A stretch of 64,000 nucleotides of DNA from a virus (lineage: Duplodnaviria > Caudoviricetes), in IMG/VR virus record IMGVR_UViG_2595698649_000001, positions 64,001-128,000 of that record; one strand, written 5' to 3'. A program made the position numbers and the translations under genes. Below the pieces are notes generated by a model. It had not been told where the DNA came from. It made no database searches and was given only the letters and a program-made list of their open reading frames with translations. Of this stretch, positions 27,774 through 36,911 are shown one piece after another (position 1 is the first letter of the stretch; each line of letters starts with the position of its first letter).

Positions 27774-27862
27774 TTATCTAGGTAGCTCGTAAATCCTAGG
27801 TAAGTCTTGCCTCTCGTAAATGCAAGACATTGAGTTTGGCAGTATCTCTTTAAAAACTGCCA
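27774..27862 (+). ncRNA. Candidate small RNA: three tandem hairpins with related loops
   Basis: Loops TAGCTCGTAAAT, CTCTCGTAAAT and ATCTCTTTAAAA on different 7-9 bp stems, immediately after late-promoter-like ATAAATA (27765). Confidence 0.5.
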
Positions 27863-27895
27863 CTTGAAATATGAAATTTAATGATTATATAAATA
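27863..27895 (+). promoter_or_regulatory. hsp20 promoters: RpoH-like CTTGAA box and late TATAAATA
   Basis: CTTGAA at 27863 and TATAAATA at 27888. Confidence 0.5.
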
Positions 27896-27939
27896 CTTAC
27901 GAAGCATGCCATAAGGGTGTTTCAATTTATATAAAAAAT

Positions 27940-27970
27940 AACTTTGCTTTAACAAAAGGAGGTTCAAATG
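27940..27970 (+). promoter_or_regulatory. ROSE-like RNA thermometer sequestering the hsp20 SD
   Basis: AACTTT-G(bulge)-CTTT-AACA-AAAG-GAGGTT: the UUGCU motif pairs with the AGGAGG SD. Confidence 0.72.
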
Positions 27971-28414
27971 ACCAATTACAAAGCACTATCTATTTTTAAT
28001 TCACTTAAACCATTTACCGTAGGGTATGATGATTTATTTTCGCATTTTGACGAAATGACAACTCATCTACCTCACTTGACAGCAAACAATTTCCCACCAT
28101 ACAATATTGTTAAACATGACAGTAATAAGTATGATGTTGAAATGGCATTAGCAGGATACAGTAAAGATGATGTTATAGTTGAATACGAAAACAATCAACT
28201 AACAATTAAATCAAAACCATATCCTAAAGACGAAGAAAAGGAAGATACACAAACAATACACAAAGGTATTGCTAAAAGATATTTCTCTAAAGTCTTTACG
28301 ATTGCTGATGATGTAGAAGTCAAAGGTGCAGAACTAAAAGATGGTTTGCTTAAAGTAGGTTTAGAACGAATTGTTCCAGACCACAAGAAAGCAAAAACTT
28401 TTGAAATTAAGTAA
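27968..28414 (+). CDS. hsp20: Small heat-shock protein (IbpA/Hsp20)
   Basis: FPPYNIVK, EMALAGY, HKGIAKRYF and AELKDGLLKV motifs. Confidence 0.95.
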   Translation: MTNYKALSIFNSLKPFTVGYDDLFSHFDEMTTHLPHLTANNFPPYNIVKHDSNKYDVEMALAGYSKDDVIVEYENNQLTIKSKPYPKDEEKEDTQTIHKGIAKRYFSKVFTIADDVEVKGAELKDGLLKVGLERIVPDHKKAKTFEIK

Positions 28415-28420
28415 ATAGAT

Positions 28421-28444
28421 GGGGCGGCTTAATCGCCGCCCTTT
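28421..28444 (+). terminator. Terminator after hsp20
   Basis: GGGCGGC-TTAATC-GCCGCCC-TTT. Confidence 0.8.
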
Positions 28445-28453
28445 AATTATATT

Positions 28454-29034
28454 ATGATATTAGACCTATTTAAAATACCACTATACTCCGTAAATCTAAA
28501 CTTAGATACACAAAAAATTTCTGAGTATTGTTTGTTACATCAAATAGATAATGATGGCAGACAAGTTTCAAACGCAGGTGGTTATCAATCTAAAGACTTA
28601 GTAGGTGAACACCCACAATTAAATGACCTGTTTGTACAAATAGAAGAACATGGTAAAAGTTTTGCAACTAATTTACATTTGGGTAAAGTATTATTAGATA
28701 ACATATGGATTAATATTAACGAATACAAAGACCACAATTTACCACATGTACATAGTGATTGTGCCTTGTCTGGTGTATATTATACTCAGGTACCAATCGT
28801 CCCAAGTGGTGGTGAGATTGCCTTTAAGCATCCATCAATGTATATCAAACAAGAATGGAAGAATCCACAACTTCATACAAGTTATACAAGTAATATTATT
28901 GGCATGCCAGTACACGAAAATTGTTTGTATATTTTTCCATCTTGGTTAGAACATTTGGTAATGCCAAACATGACTAACGAAAAAGAATTTCAATTAGTTT
29001 CAATTTGAAGCTTGACAAAAGAGTAATTTTATGA
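28454..29034 (+). CDS. 2OG-Fe(II) oxygenase-like protein (frameshift at A-run 28980-28984)
   Basis: WININ...HVH...LSGVYY and FPSWLEHLV motifs; one extra A restores the family RISISFN ending. Confidence 0.8.
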
Positions 29035-29040
29035 TAGGAT
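29012..29040 (+). promoter_or_regulatory. Sigma70-type promoter of the replication operon
   Basis: TTGACA-N17-TAGGAT with TG extension. Confidence 0.75.
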
Positions 29041-29047
29041 GTATATT

Positions 29048-29359
29048 ATGAACTACAAATTTAAAGAAAAAATTATCTTAGATGATGTGATGAAATATAT
29101 TGATAACACTTACGGTGGTCATTATGCACAAAGTCAAAGACAATCTACAGAAAACATTATTGACCAAGGACATGGTGATGGTTTCTGTATGGGTAATATT
29201 ATGAAATATACCCAAAGATATGGCAAAAAAGAAGGCAAGAATAAGGCAGACCTTATGAAAGTTATTCATTATGCTGTAATACAATTGTCCCAAGACCACT
29301 ACAAAGAAGAAGAACGACCTCTTGGTAGTGTGATGTCTGAAAAACTTAATAATAACTAA
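29048..29359 (+). CDS. DUF3310-like protein (putative nucleotide kinase family)
   Basis: HY..., GFCMGNIMKYTQRYGKKEG..DLMKVIHYA. Confidence 0.7.
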   Translation: MNYKFKEKIILDDVMKYIDNTYGGHYAQSQRQSTENIIDQGHGDGFCMGNIMKYTQRYGKKEGKNKADLMKVIHYAVIQLSQDHYKEEERPLGSVMSEKLNNN

Positions 29360-29371
29360 GGAGAATATATA

Positions 29372-30040
29372 ATGCAATTAAGCGAAAGTACAAAAGAGAT
29401 ACTTAAAAACTTTTCTGAGATTAATCCAAACTTGATGATTAAACCAGGTAAAGAATTAAAGACTATCTCTACAATGAAGAATATTCTTGCTACAGCAAAT
29501 GTAAGTGAAGAATTTCCACAAGATATCGCCATCTATGACTTGAATGAGTTTTTAGGCGTGATGTCATTATTTACAAAACCACAGTTTACCTTTGATGACA
29601 AATCGTTATCTATTGGTGAAGAAGGTACATCAACAAAGTCAAAATATTACTTTGCTGATCCTTCAATCTTAACTGTTCCACAAAAAGATGTAAAAATGCC
29701 TGAAGCAGAGGTACAGTTTACTCTAACTGAAACAGATTTAACTAAAGTGAAGAAAGCGGCGTCAATGTTACAATTGCCAGATATCGCTATTACTTCTAAA
29801 GGTAGTGATATCACATTATCAGCAATTGATAAAAAGAATGATACTGCTAATAACTTTAGTATTAAAGTTGGTGAAACAAACTCTAAATTTGAGTTTCATT
29901 TTAAAACAGAACATTTAAAAATGTTACCTGGTGATTACAATGTATCTATCTCATCAAAGTTAATTAGTAATTTTAAACATAAATCAAAACCAATTCAATA
30001 TTGGATTGCTTTAGAAAACACAAGTAAATTTACTGGCTAA
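29372..30040 (+). CDS. gp45: Sliding clamp
   Basis: LKNFSEIN, IYDLNEFL, YYFADPS and YWIALE motifs. Confidence 0.95.
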   Translation: MQLSESTKEILKNFSEINPNLMIKPGKELKTISTMKNILATANVSEEFPQDIAIYDLNEFLGVMSLFTKPQFTFDDKSLSIGEEGTSTKSKYYFADPSILTVPQKDVKMPEAEVQFTLTETDLTKVKKAASMLQLPDIAITSKGSDITLSAIDKKNDTANNFSIKVGETNSKFEFHFKTEHLKMLPGDYNVSISSKLISNFKHKSKPIQYWIALENTSKFTG

Positions 30041-30058
30041 TTAGATGAGGAATATATT

Positions 30059-31003
30059 ATGGAAAACTTTTTATGGGTTGAACAATATCGCCCTAGTAAG
30101 ATTGATGAATGTATCTTACCTACAGAAATTAAGAATACATTTAAACAGATAGTAAAACAAGGAGAAATACCTAACTTATTATTATCTGGTACAGCAGGTA
30201 CAGGTAAAACTACAATTGCGAAAGCATTATGTAATGAACTTGATTGTGATGTAATGATGATTAATGGTTCAGACGAAGGTCGTTCCATTGACATTGTAAG
30301 AAATCAAATCAAGTCATTTGCCAGTACAGTATCACTAAACGAAAGTAACAAACCTAAAGTAGTAATTGTTGACGAAGCAGACTATATGAATGCTGAGTCC
30401 GTGCAACCTGCTTTAAGAAACTTTATTGAAACTTTTAGTAATAACTGTAGATTTATTTTTACATGTAATTACAAAAACAAAATCATACCGGCAATTCACA
30501 GTAGATGTACTGTTATTAATTTTTCTACACAGAAAAAAGATAAAGAGAAATTAGCAGGTCAGTTTCATAAAAGATTATCCACAATACTAGACCAGGAAAA
30601 CATTGAGTTTGATCCTAAAGTATTGGCAGAATTAATTATAAAATTCTATCCAGACTTTAGAAGAACTATCAATGAATTACAGCGTTATAGTGTAAGTGGT
30701 AGAATAGACACAGGCATTTTAGTTAACATTGCTGAAATGAATATCCAAGGTCTCAACAAAGCGTTATCTAATAAACACTTTGGTGATATGAGAAAATGGG
30801 TAGTTGATAACATTGACAAGGATCCTACTGGTCTATATAAAGAACTATATCAAAACTTCTACGAAGTATTAAAGCCTGAAACAATACCTGCTATGATTAT
30901 ATTATTGGCAGAGTATCAGTACAAGAATGCTTTTGTAGCGGATCCTGAATTGAATATGGTCGCTTGCCTAACTGAAATAATGGGCGAGTGTAAATTCAAA
31001 TGA
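30059..31003 (+). CDS. gp44: Clamp loader large subunit
   Basis: LWVEQYRP, GTGKTT, DEAD and SRC motifs. Confidence 0.96.
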   Translation: MENFLWVEQYRPSKIDECILPTEIKNTFKQIVKQGEIPNLLLSGTAGTGKTTIAKALCNELDCDVMMINGSDEGRSIDIVRNQIKSFASTVSLNESNKPKVVIVDEADYMNAESVQPALRNFIETFSNNCRFIFTCNYKNKIIPAIHSRCTVINFSTQKKDKEKLAGQFHKRLSTILDQENIEFDPKVLAELIIKFYPDFRRTINELQRYSVSGRIDTGILVNIAEMNIQGLNKALSNKHFGDMRKWVVDNIDKDPTGLYKELYQNFYEVLKPETIPAMIILLAEYQYKNAFVADPELNMVACLTEIMGECKFK

Positions 31004-31458
31004 TAGGTTTAGGATACTTAGATTACTGCCAAAAACGAATAGACGAAGGATTATCAACCCAACAAACTAAAACTGGTTTTGGTTTTGAGGATCCTGGACA
31101 AGAGCGTTTTGTTGTTTACTTTGCAAGAACTCACATTATAGACCATCAAACTGGTATTGAAGCTAGAGGTTTATTAAAGATAGGTCGTGCTAAATTTGCA
31201 ACAGCACTACAAAGAAGTCGTAATCAACCTGGTTGTGATTTTCGTATCTATGCTGAAATAGTCTGTGAAACAAATAATCAAATCAAAGAACTAGAAAAGA
31301 AAGTAGAAAAATTTTTGGTTGATAAACATGTTGAACTGACACAAAATCAAAGAGAACTGTACGATATAAAAGATGATGAACTAAGACCTACGATTAAGGC
31401 AATACTTAATCATGTGTATTATTTTGAACCTAAGGAGGTATGTTACTATGGATGCTAG
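31000..31458 (+). CDS. Hypothetical protein with GIY-YIG/T5orf172-like features
   Basis: VYF....LKIGRA...QR...LE...RELY pattern; inserted between gp44 and gp62. Confidence 0.4.
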   Translation: MIGLGYLDYCQKRIDEGLSTQQTKTGFGFEDPGQERFVVYFARTHIIDHQTGIEARGLLKIGRAKFATALQRSRNQPGCDFRIYAEIVCETNNQIKELEKKVEKFLVDKHVELTQNQRELYDIKDDELRPTIKAILNHVYYFEPKEVCYYGC

Positions 31459-32008
31459 AAAGGTATATGATTATTGGCATTGGTCAAATGTCATAAGTGA
31501 AAAAGACAGGCAAGGTATGATTAATAATTTCTTGCATAGGTCTTTAGGTGATGAGAAAGAAGAATTACAAGGACATAACGAACAAGGTAATATGAAAAAT
31601 GCTAAGGTTAAAACAATTAGTCTTGGTAGATTGCCAGAGATTAATCGTTTCTTAGATAGTGCCTATAAAACTAATAATGAAATTTTTGGTTATAATTTAT
31701 GGGAAAGAAATAACTTAGATGTAATGTTATTAAATAGATATACAAAAGATATGAACTATCATTGGCATACGGACGCCAGTAGAGACTTAGCACATGATAT
31801 TAAATTAACTTTTTTAATTAACTTATCAAATGACAATAGTTATGAAGGTGGTCAGTTTCAGATATATAATAATCTAACATTAACTTGTGATTTTAATCCA
31901 GGTGATATGATAATGTTTAAATCAGGATTACATCATAGAGTTACACCTATTACATCTGGTGAAAGAATATCATTAACACACTTTATGGTAGGACCTAGAT
32001 TTATATGA
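31448..32008 (+). CDS. 2OG-Fe(II) oxygenase (PKHD/prolyl-hydroxylase-like)
   Basis: YHWHTD, KLT, YEGG and HRVTPITSGERISL motifs; AGGAGG SD before ATG 31448. Confidence 0.85.
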   Translation: MDARKVYDYWHWSNVISEKDRQGMINNFLHRSLGDEKEELQGHNEQGNMKNAKVKTISLGRLPEINRFLDSAYKTNNEIFGYNLWERNNLDVMLLNRYTKDMNYHWHTDASRDLAHDIKLTFLINLSNDNSYEGGQFQIYNNLTLTCDFNPGDMIMFKSGLHHRVTPITSGERISLTHFMVGPRFI

Positions 32009-32397
32009 ACGAATACAAATTAACAGATTACTTAACATCTATTAACTGGTCTAAAAAGAAGTTAATGGATACAGACGACAAAACATGGGAAAAGAAATAC
32101 CCACCTTTTATTATTAACAAAGGTCTTTCTTATTTTGTAGATACAGTTATGTTTGCAAACGAAATGAATAGACTACACCATGCCTCTAAGCATATGCAAT
32201 TTGCCTTTTTACTAAATACTATTAGACCTCAAAAAAGGTTTAGTAAGTGGATGAAGGCTAGTAAGTTAGCAAACCTAGAGCTGGTTAAGCAATATTACGG
32301 ATATAGCAACAAAAAAGCACAACAAGCACTTAATGTTCTTACTAAAAAACAGGTTGAATATATTAAAGAAAAACTACATAAAGGTGGGAAAAAATGA
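32005..32397 (+). CDS. gp62: Clamp loader small subunit
   Basis: YPPFIINKGLS, ANEMN, KRFSKW and YYGYS motifs. Confidence 0.92.
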   Translation: MNEYKLTDYLTSINWSKKKLMDTDDKTWEKKYPPFIINKGLSYFVDTVMFANEMNRLHHASKHMQFAFLLNTIRPQKRFSKWMKASKLANLELVKQYYGYSNKKAQQALNVLTKKQVEYIKEKLHKGGKK

Positions 32398-32840
32398 GTG
32401 AATTTGTAGAATGGAAACCAGAGAGTATGCTTGAGGTCAAACTCAAAGAGCCAGATGATTTCCTAAAAATAAGAGAAACGCTAACACGAATAGGTGTTGC
32501 GAGTAGAAAAGAACGAAAAATATTCCAGTCTTGTCACATATTACATAAACAAGGTAGATATTTTATTGTACACTTTAAAGAGTTATTTGCTTTAGACGGA
32601 AAGAAAAGCAATATAATGACTAACGATATTGAAAGAAGAAATACCATATCTCAATTGTTGAGTGACTGGGGTTTAATTGAACTGGTTGGTACTATAACTG
32701 AAAAGGCACCACTATCACAAATTAAAGTTTTACCTTACAAGGATAAAAAAGAGTGGATACTAGAACCTAAATATAATATTGGAAAGAAACCAGAACAACA
32801 AGAGGAAAAAAATGAGAGACCAGATAATCAAAGCGCTTAA
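32394..32840 (+). CDS. regA: Translational repressor RegA
   Basis: PDDFLKIRETLTRIG...QSCHILHKQGRYFIVHFKELF. Confidence 0.96.
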   Translation: MSEFVEWKPESMLEVKLKEPDDFLKIRETLTRIGVASRKERKIFQSCHILHKQGRYFIVHFKELFALDGKKSNIMTNDIERRNTISQLLSDWGLIELVGTITEKAPLSQIKVLPYKDKKEWILEPKYNIGKKPEQQEEKNERPDNQSA

Positions 32841-33015
32841 GTCTCATGCTCAAGGTCATATAGACAAGCATGTTGCCAATGTAGAAGTACATATAAGAAA
32901 TGCCACAGGTGTGGCAGAGCACAGCGACCATGTGGAAACAATTGAAAAAGAGTTGAAGCAGATTGCTGAATATGATGACCAATTAGAAATGCTAAATAAG
33001 TATTTTACTAATTAA
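32812..33015 (+). CDS. Conserved small hypothetical protein
   Basis: MRDQIIKAL..G.IDKHVANVEV...GVAEHSD; GAGG SD upstream. Confidence 0.6.
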   Translation: MRDQIIKALKSHAQGHIDKHVANVEVHIRNATGVAEHSDHVETIEKELKQIAEYDDQLEMLNKYFTN

Positions 33016-33019
33016 AAGC

Positions 33020-33048
33020 TTGACTTTTTAAGTCAATTGTGATATAAT
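33020..33048 (+). promoter_or_regulatory. Sigma70-type promoter for gp43 with a dyad over the -35
   Basis: TTGACT-N17-TATAAT; TTGACTT-N3-AAGTCAA inverted repeat. Confidence 0.75.
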
Positions 33049-33060
33049 ATATTATTGTTT

Positions 33061-35538
33061 ATGCGAGATTTTTATACTAACGTTTCACCTTACGGCGATG
33101 AATTACTTGTCCGTGGTTTTCAAAACGGCGAAAGATTTGAAGATAGATTACATTATGTACCTTCAATCTACCACCCTTACAAATCACCACAACCTACAAA
33201 GTATCGTGCTTTAGATGGCACGCCACTAGTTGCTCGTAAATGTAAAACTGTTAAAGAAGCAAGAATGCTTATCAAACGGTATGAAGAGCATCCTAATTTT
33301 ATATACGGGACAGATAGATGGCAATATCAATACATTGCTGACTATTACCAAGGTACAGTAGAATACGACAAAAACAAATTACGAATTTATACAATAGATA
33401 TTGAAGTAGAAAGCGAACATGGATTTCCTAATCCAGATGACGCTGACGAAAAAATGATTTGTATTACAATCAAAGACCAAATTAAAAAATCTATATTAGT
33501 TTGGGGTCTTGCTGATTATACAGTTAAACAAAAGAATGTTAATTATATTAAATGTAAAGATGAAAAAGATTTACTTAAAAACTTCTTAGGTTTCTGGAAA
33601 CAATACACGCCAGATATTCTAACAGGTTGGAATAGTAAATACTTTGATGTACCTTATCTTATTAATAGAACTAAAAAAGTATTAGGCGAACACTCAATTA
33701 AAAGATATTCGCCATGGGATATTGTTGACGAAGACAAAGCATATCACAACGGTAGACAAGTTACATTTTTTAGATTGTTAGGTATTGCACAACTTGACTA
33801 TCTACAACTCTATGCTAAATTTACAATTAAGAACCAAGAACGATATACACTTGACCATATTGCATTTGTAGAACTTGGCGAACAAAAAGATAAAAACCCA
33901 TATGACACTTTTAAAGAATGGTATCAAAATGATATACAATCTTTTATTGATTACAACATTGTTGATGTAGAACTAGTTGATAAACTAGAAGATAGATTAC
34001 AACTAATTGAGCTTGCAATCACTATGTCTTATAATGCAAAAGCAAACTTTGAAGATGTATTCTCACAAGTTAGAATGTGGGACACAATCATATTCAACGA
34101 ATTATTAAAAGATGATATTATTGTACCAATGAGAAAGATTGGTAGTATTCAAGCAAAAGAACTTGTAGGTGCATATGTTAAGGATCCTAAAGTAGGTTTC
34201 CATGATTGGGTTGTATCGTTTGACTTGAACTCACTATATCCACATTTAATTATGCAATACAATATTAGTCCTGAAACTATACTACCAGAACAAAAAGATA
34301 TATTGATTGATGACTTACTTGAAAAGAAAGTTGACACGTCTGACGGTAACTGTATTGCTGCCAATGGCACAATGTATAAACGAGACGTACAAGGTATGTT
34401 GCCACGAATTATACAAAAAGAATATAACGATAGAGTTATTTACAAAAAGAAAATGTTAGAAGCAGAACAAATGTATGCTAACACAAAAGATAAGAAGTAT
34501 GAAAAACTGGCAAGAAAGTTTTATATCATACAACACTCTAAAAAAATATCCTTGAATAGTGCTTATGGTGCAATTGGTAACAAATACTTTAGATATTATG
34601 ACCATAGACAAGCAGAAGCGATTACTATGTCTGGTCAATTAAACATTAAATGGATTGAAAAAAGATTAAACGAATACTTTAACAAGTTGTATAATACAGA
34701 TGATGATTATATCATTGCGTCTGATACAGATAGTGTGTACATTAATATGGCACCACTTGTAAAGATGACTGGTGCAACTGATAAAGATAAAATTGTAAAA
34801 GCATTAGACACATTTTGTAGTGAAAGACTAGAACCATATATTGCAAAAGTATATAAAGAACTTGGCGATTATATGAACGTTAGTGAAAACAAAATGGTTA
34901 TGAAACGAGAGGCGATTGCTGATAGAGGTATCTGGACTGCCAAGAAAAGATATGTTCTAAATGTTCATAATTCTGAGGGTGTTCAATATTCTGAACCTAA
35001 ACTTAAAATTATGGGCATTGAAGCAGTAAAAACTTCAACGCCATTACCTGTTAGAGAAAAGTTAAGAGAGAGTTTTAAAATATTAATGTCTGGTAATGAA
35101 ACACAAATGAAAGACTTTGTAATAAACTTTAAACGAGAGTTTGAACACATGACGCCAGAACAGATTGGTTTCCCTCGTAGTATTAATAACATAGAAAAAT
35201 ATTCTGACACAACATCTATATACAAGAAAGGTACACCAATGCATGTCAAAGGTGCATTGTTATATAATCACTTGTTAAAAACTAATAAAGTGGCACATAA
35301 GTACCAACGAATATATAATGGTGACAAAGGTAAGTTTGTACATCTAAGAAAGAATATCTGGAATGCAAATGTAATTACTTTCATTGCAGATTTGCCAAAA
35401 GAATTTGATATGCACAAAAGTATAGATTATGATTTACAGTTTAATAAATCATTTATGGAACCATTACGATTTATACTTGAAGCAATTAAGTGGCGAGTTG
35501 ACGCAAGCGAAACAAGTAACCTAGAGGATTTCTTTTGA
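33061..35538 (+). CDS. gp43: Family B DNA polymerase
   Basis: Exonuclease DIE, SFDLNSLYP, KISLNSAYG and DTDS motifs; no intein or intron seen. Confidence 0.97.
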   Translation: MRDFYTNVSPYGDELLVRGFQNGERFEDRLHYVPSIYHPYKSPQPTKYRALDGTPLVARKCKTVKEARMLIKRYEEHPNFIYGTDRWQYQYIADYYQGTVEYDKNKLRIYTIDIEVESEHGFPNPDDADEKMICITIKDQIKKSILVWGLADYTVKQKNVNYIKCKDEKDLLKNFLGFWKQYTPDILTGWNSKYFDVPYLINRTKKVLGEHSIKRYSPWDIVDEDKAYHNGRQVTFFRLLGIAQLDYLQLYAKFTIKNQERYTLDHIAFVELGEQKDKNPYDTFKEWYQNDIQSFIDYNIVDVELVDKLEDRLQLIELAITMSYNAKANFEDVFSQVRMWDTIIFNELLKDDIIVPMRKIGSIQAKELVGAYVKDPKVGFHDWVVSFDLNSLYPHLIMQYNISPETILPEQKDILIDDLLEKKVDTSDGNCIAANGTMYKRDVQGMLPRIIQKEYNDRVIYKKKMLEAEQMYANTKDKKYEKLARKFYIIQHSKKISLNSAYGAIGNKYFRYYDHRQAEAITMSGQLNIKWIEKRLNEYFNKLYNTDDDYIIASDTDSVYINMAPLVKMTGATDKDKIVKALDTFCSERLEPYIAKVYKELGDYMNVSENKMVMKREAIADRGIWTAKKRYVLNVHNSEGVQYSEPKLKIMGIEAVKTSTPLPVREKLRESFKILMSGNETQMKDFVINFKREFEHMTPEQIGFPRSINNIEKYSDTTSIYKKGTPMHVKGALLYNHLLKTNKVAHKYQRIYNGDKGKFVHLRKNIWNANVITFIADLPKEFDMHKSIDYDLQFNKSFMEPLRFILEAIKWRVDASETSNLEDFF

Positions 35539-36659
35539 TATTAAATAACCAAGACGCTACATGGGCAATGAATTACTTTATAGAATACTTTGGTCAATAT
35601 GAAAGAATAGACCAATATCTTAAAGAACAAAAATTAGAACAAGTTAAAAATTTTCCATTTCAATTACCTGGCATGGCAGACGAAGATGAGTTTTTTGCTA
35701 ACTTTGAAATATCTCCTGAAGATATGAAATTTAGCGTGACTATACCTAATGGTCAAATATTTGATAGAATGTTAAACAAAACATCTAGTCATACTAACAT
35801 GTCAAGTATACCTGGTAAGTCAATTAGATTGTTAGTTACAGAAACAACTACAAATACTATTGTAGGTTTTATTAGACTTGGTAGTCCTGTGATTAATAGT
35901 AAACCACGAAATGTTTATCTTGGTAGACCTTTACAAACTACAGACATGGAAGAAATGGGTAGATTTAACAATAGTGCCATTATGGGATTTGTAATTGTAC
36001 CTACACAACCATTTGGTTATAATTATCTTGGTGGTAAACTATTAGCGGCGATATGCTGTAGTCATCATGTGAGAGATATACTAAATAAGAAATATAATAC
36101 TAACATATGTTTATTTGAAACAACAAGTTTATATGGTAGTAGTAAATCATCAAGTCAGTATGATGGTATGAAACCTTATTTAAGATTTAAAGGTTTGACA
36201 GATAGTCACTTCTTGCCATTATTACATGGCGAAGCATTTAAGAAAATGAATGCCTGGTTTACAGAAAGAAACGGAGAACCTTTAGTTGACGCTGACGCAA
36301 GTAGTAGAAAACTAAAAATACAAACAAAGATGGTATCTATAATCAAGGAATCCTTGAAACAATATGACGCCAATCTATATGATAAGTTTAGTAAGTTTGT
36401 AAATAAAACTAGAGACTTAACTGAACAGAAAAGATTTTACATGTCTGATTACGGATATGAAAATGTGCCACAATATCTTAAACGTGAGACAGATGAATTA
36501 AAACGTGGTATACACTACGATAAGTTTACATTAGAGAATACAATCAAATGGTGGCAAAAACTTGCTACTAAACGATTTAATAAACTTAAACAAAACAATA
36601 ATATAAGAAATGATTTAGAGATATGGCACGAAGACGCCAATATACAAATTATAAGATAA
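35535..36659 (+). CDS. DUF4338/DruA-like protein, copy 2
   Basis: GKSIRLLV..IVGFIRLGSP, VPTQPFGYNYLGGKLLA and ETTSLYG..SQY motifs. Confidence 0.7.
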   Translation: MILNNQDATWAMNYFIEYFGQYERIDQYLKEQKLEQVKNFPFQLPGMADEDEFFANFEISPEDMKFSVTIPNGQIFDRMLNKTSSHTNMSSIPGKSIRLLVTETTTNTIVGFIRLGSPVINSKPRNVYLGRPLQTTDMEEMGRFNNSAIMGFVIVPTQPFGYNYLGGKLLAAICCSHHVRDILNKKYNTNICLFETTSLYGSSKSSSQYDGMKPYLRFKGLTDSHFLPLLHGEAFKKMNAWFTERNGEPLVDADASSRKLKIQTKMVSIIKESLKQYDANLYDKFSKFVNKTRDLTEQKRFYMSDYGYENVPQYLKRETDELKRGIHYDKFTLENTIKWWQKLATKRFNKLKQNNNIRNDLEIWHEDANIQIIR

Positions 36660-36662
36660 AGC

Positions 36663-36691
36663 TTGACTATTTGAAAGGAGTATGATATAAT
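36663..36691 (+). promoter_or_regulatory. Sigma70-type promoter before uvsX/gp41
   Basis: TTGACT-N17-TATAAT with TG extension. Confidence 0.75.
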
Positions 36692-36911
36692 GGAACAAAT
36701 AATGAAAAAAGCACAAGAACAAATGATAACAAATGAAGATTATCTTACAATGGTAAAGATAATACAGGCAGCACTTCAAAGAGGTGCAATCAAACCTGAA
36801 GAAATGGTAACAGTAGGCGGACTGTATGATAAGTTAAAATTTCATTTGATTAAAGTAGAAAACGAACAAAAGGAGAAAACAGATGGCGAACTTTCTAAAA
36901 CAAATAATTAA
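36690..36911 (+). CDS. Small hypothetical protein
   Basis: 73-aa ORF with AAGGAG SD; [14 protein letters not shown] motif. Confidence 0.55.
   Translation: MEQIMKKAQEQMITNEDYLTMVKIIQAALQRGAIKPEEMVTVGGLYDKLKFHLIKVENEQKEKTDGELSKTNN

Noticed and set aside
27774-27862. Mini CRISPR array
   Set aside because: Only a 9-nt loop is repeated, there is no repeat-spacer periodicity, and no cas genes are present.
22116-36659. A complete Druantia defence system
   Set aside because: Only DruA-like domains are present; no DruE helicase or other partners are in the window.
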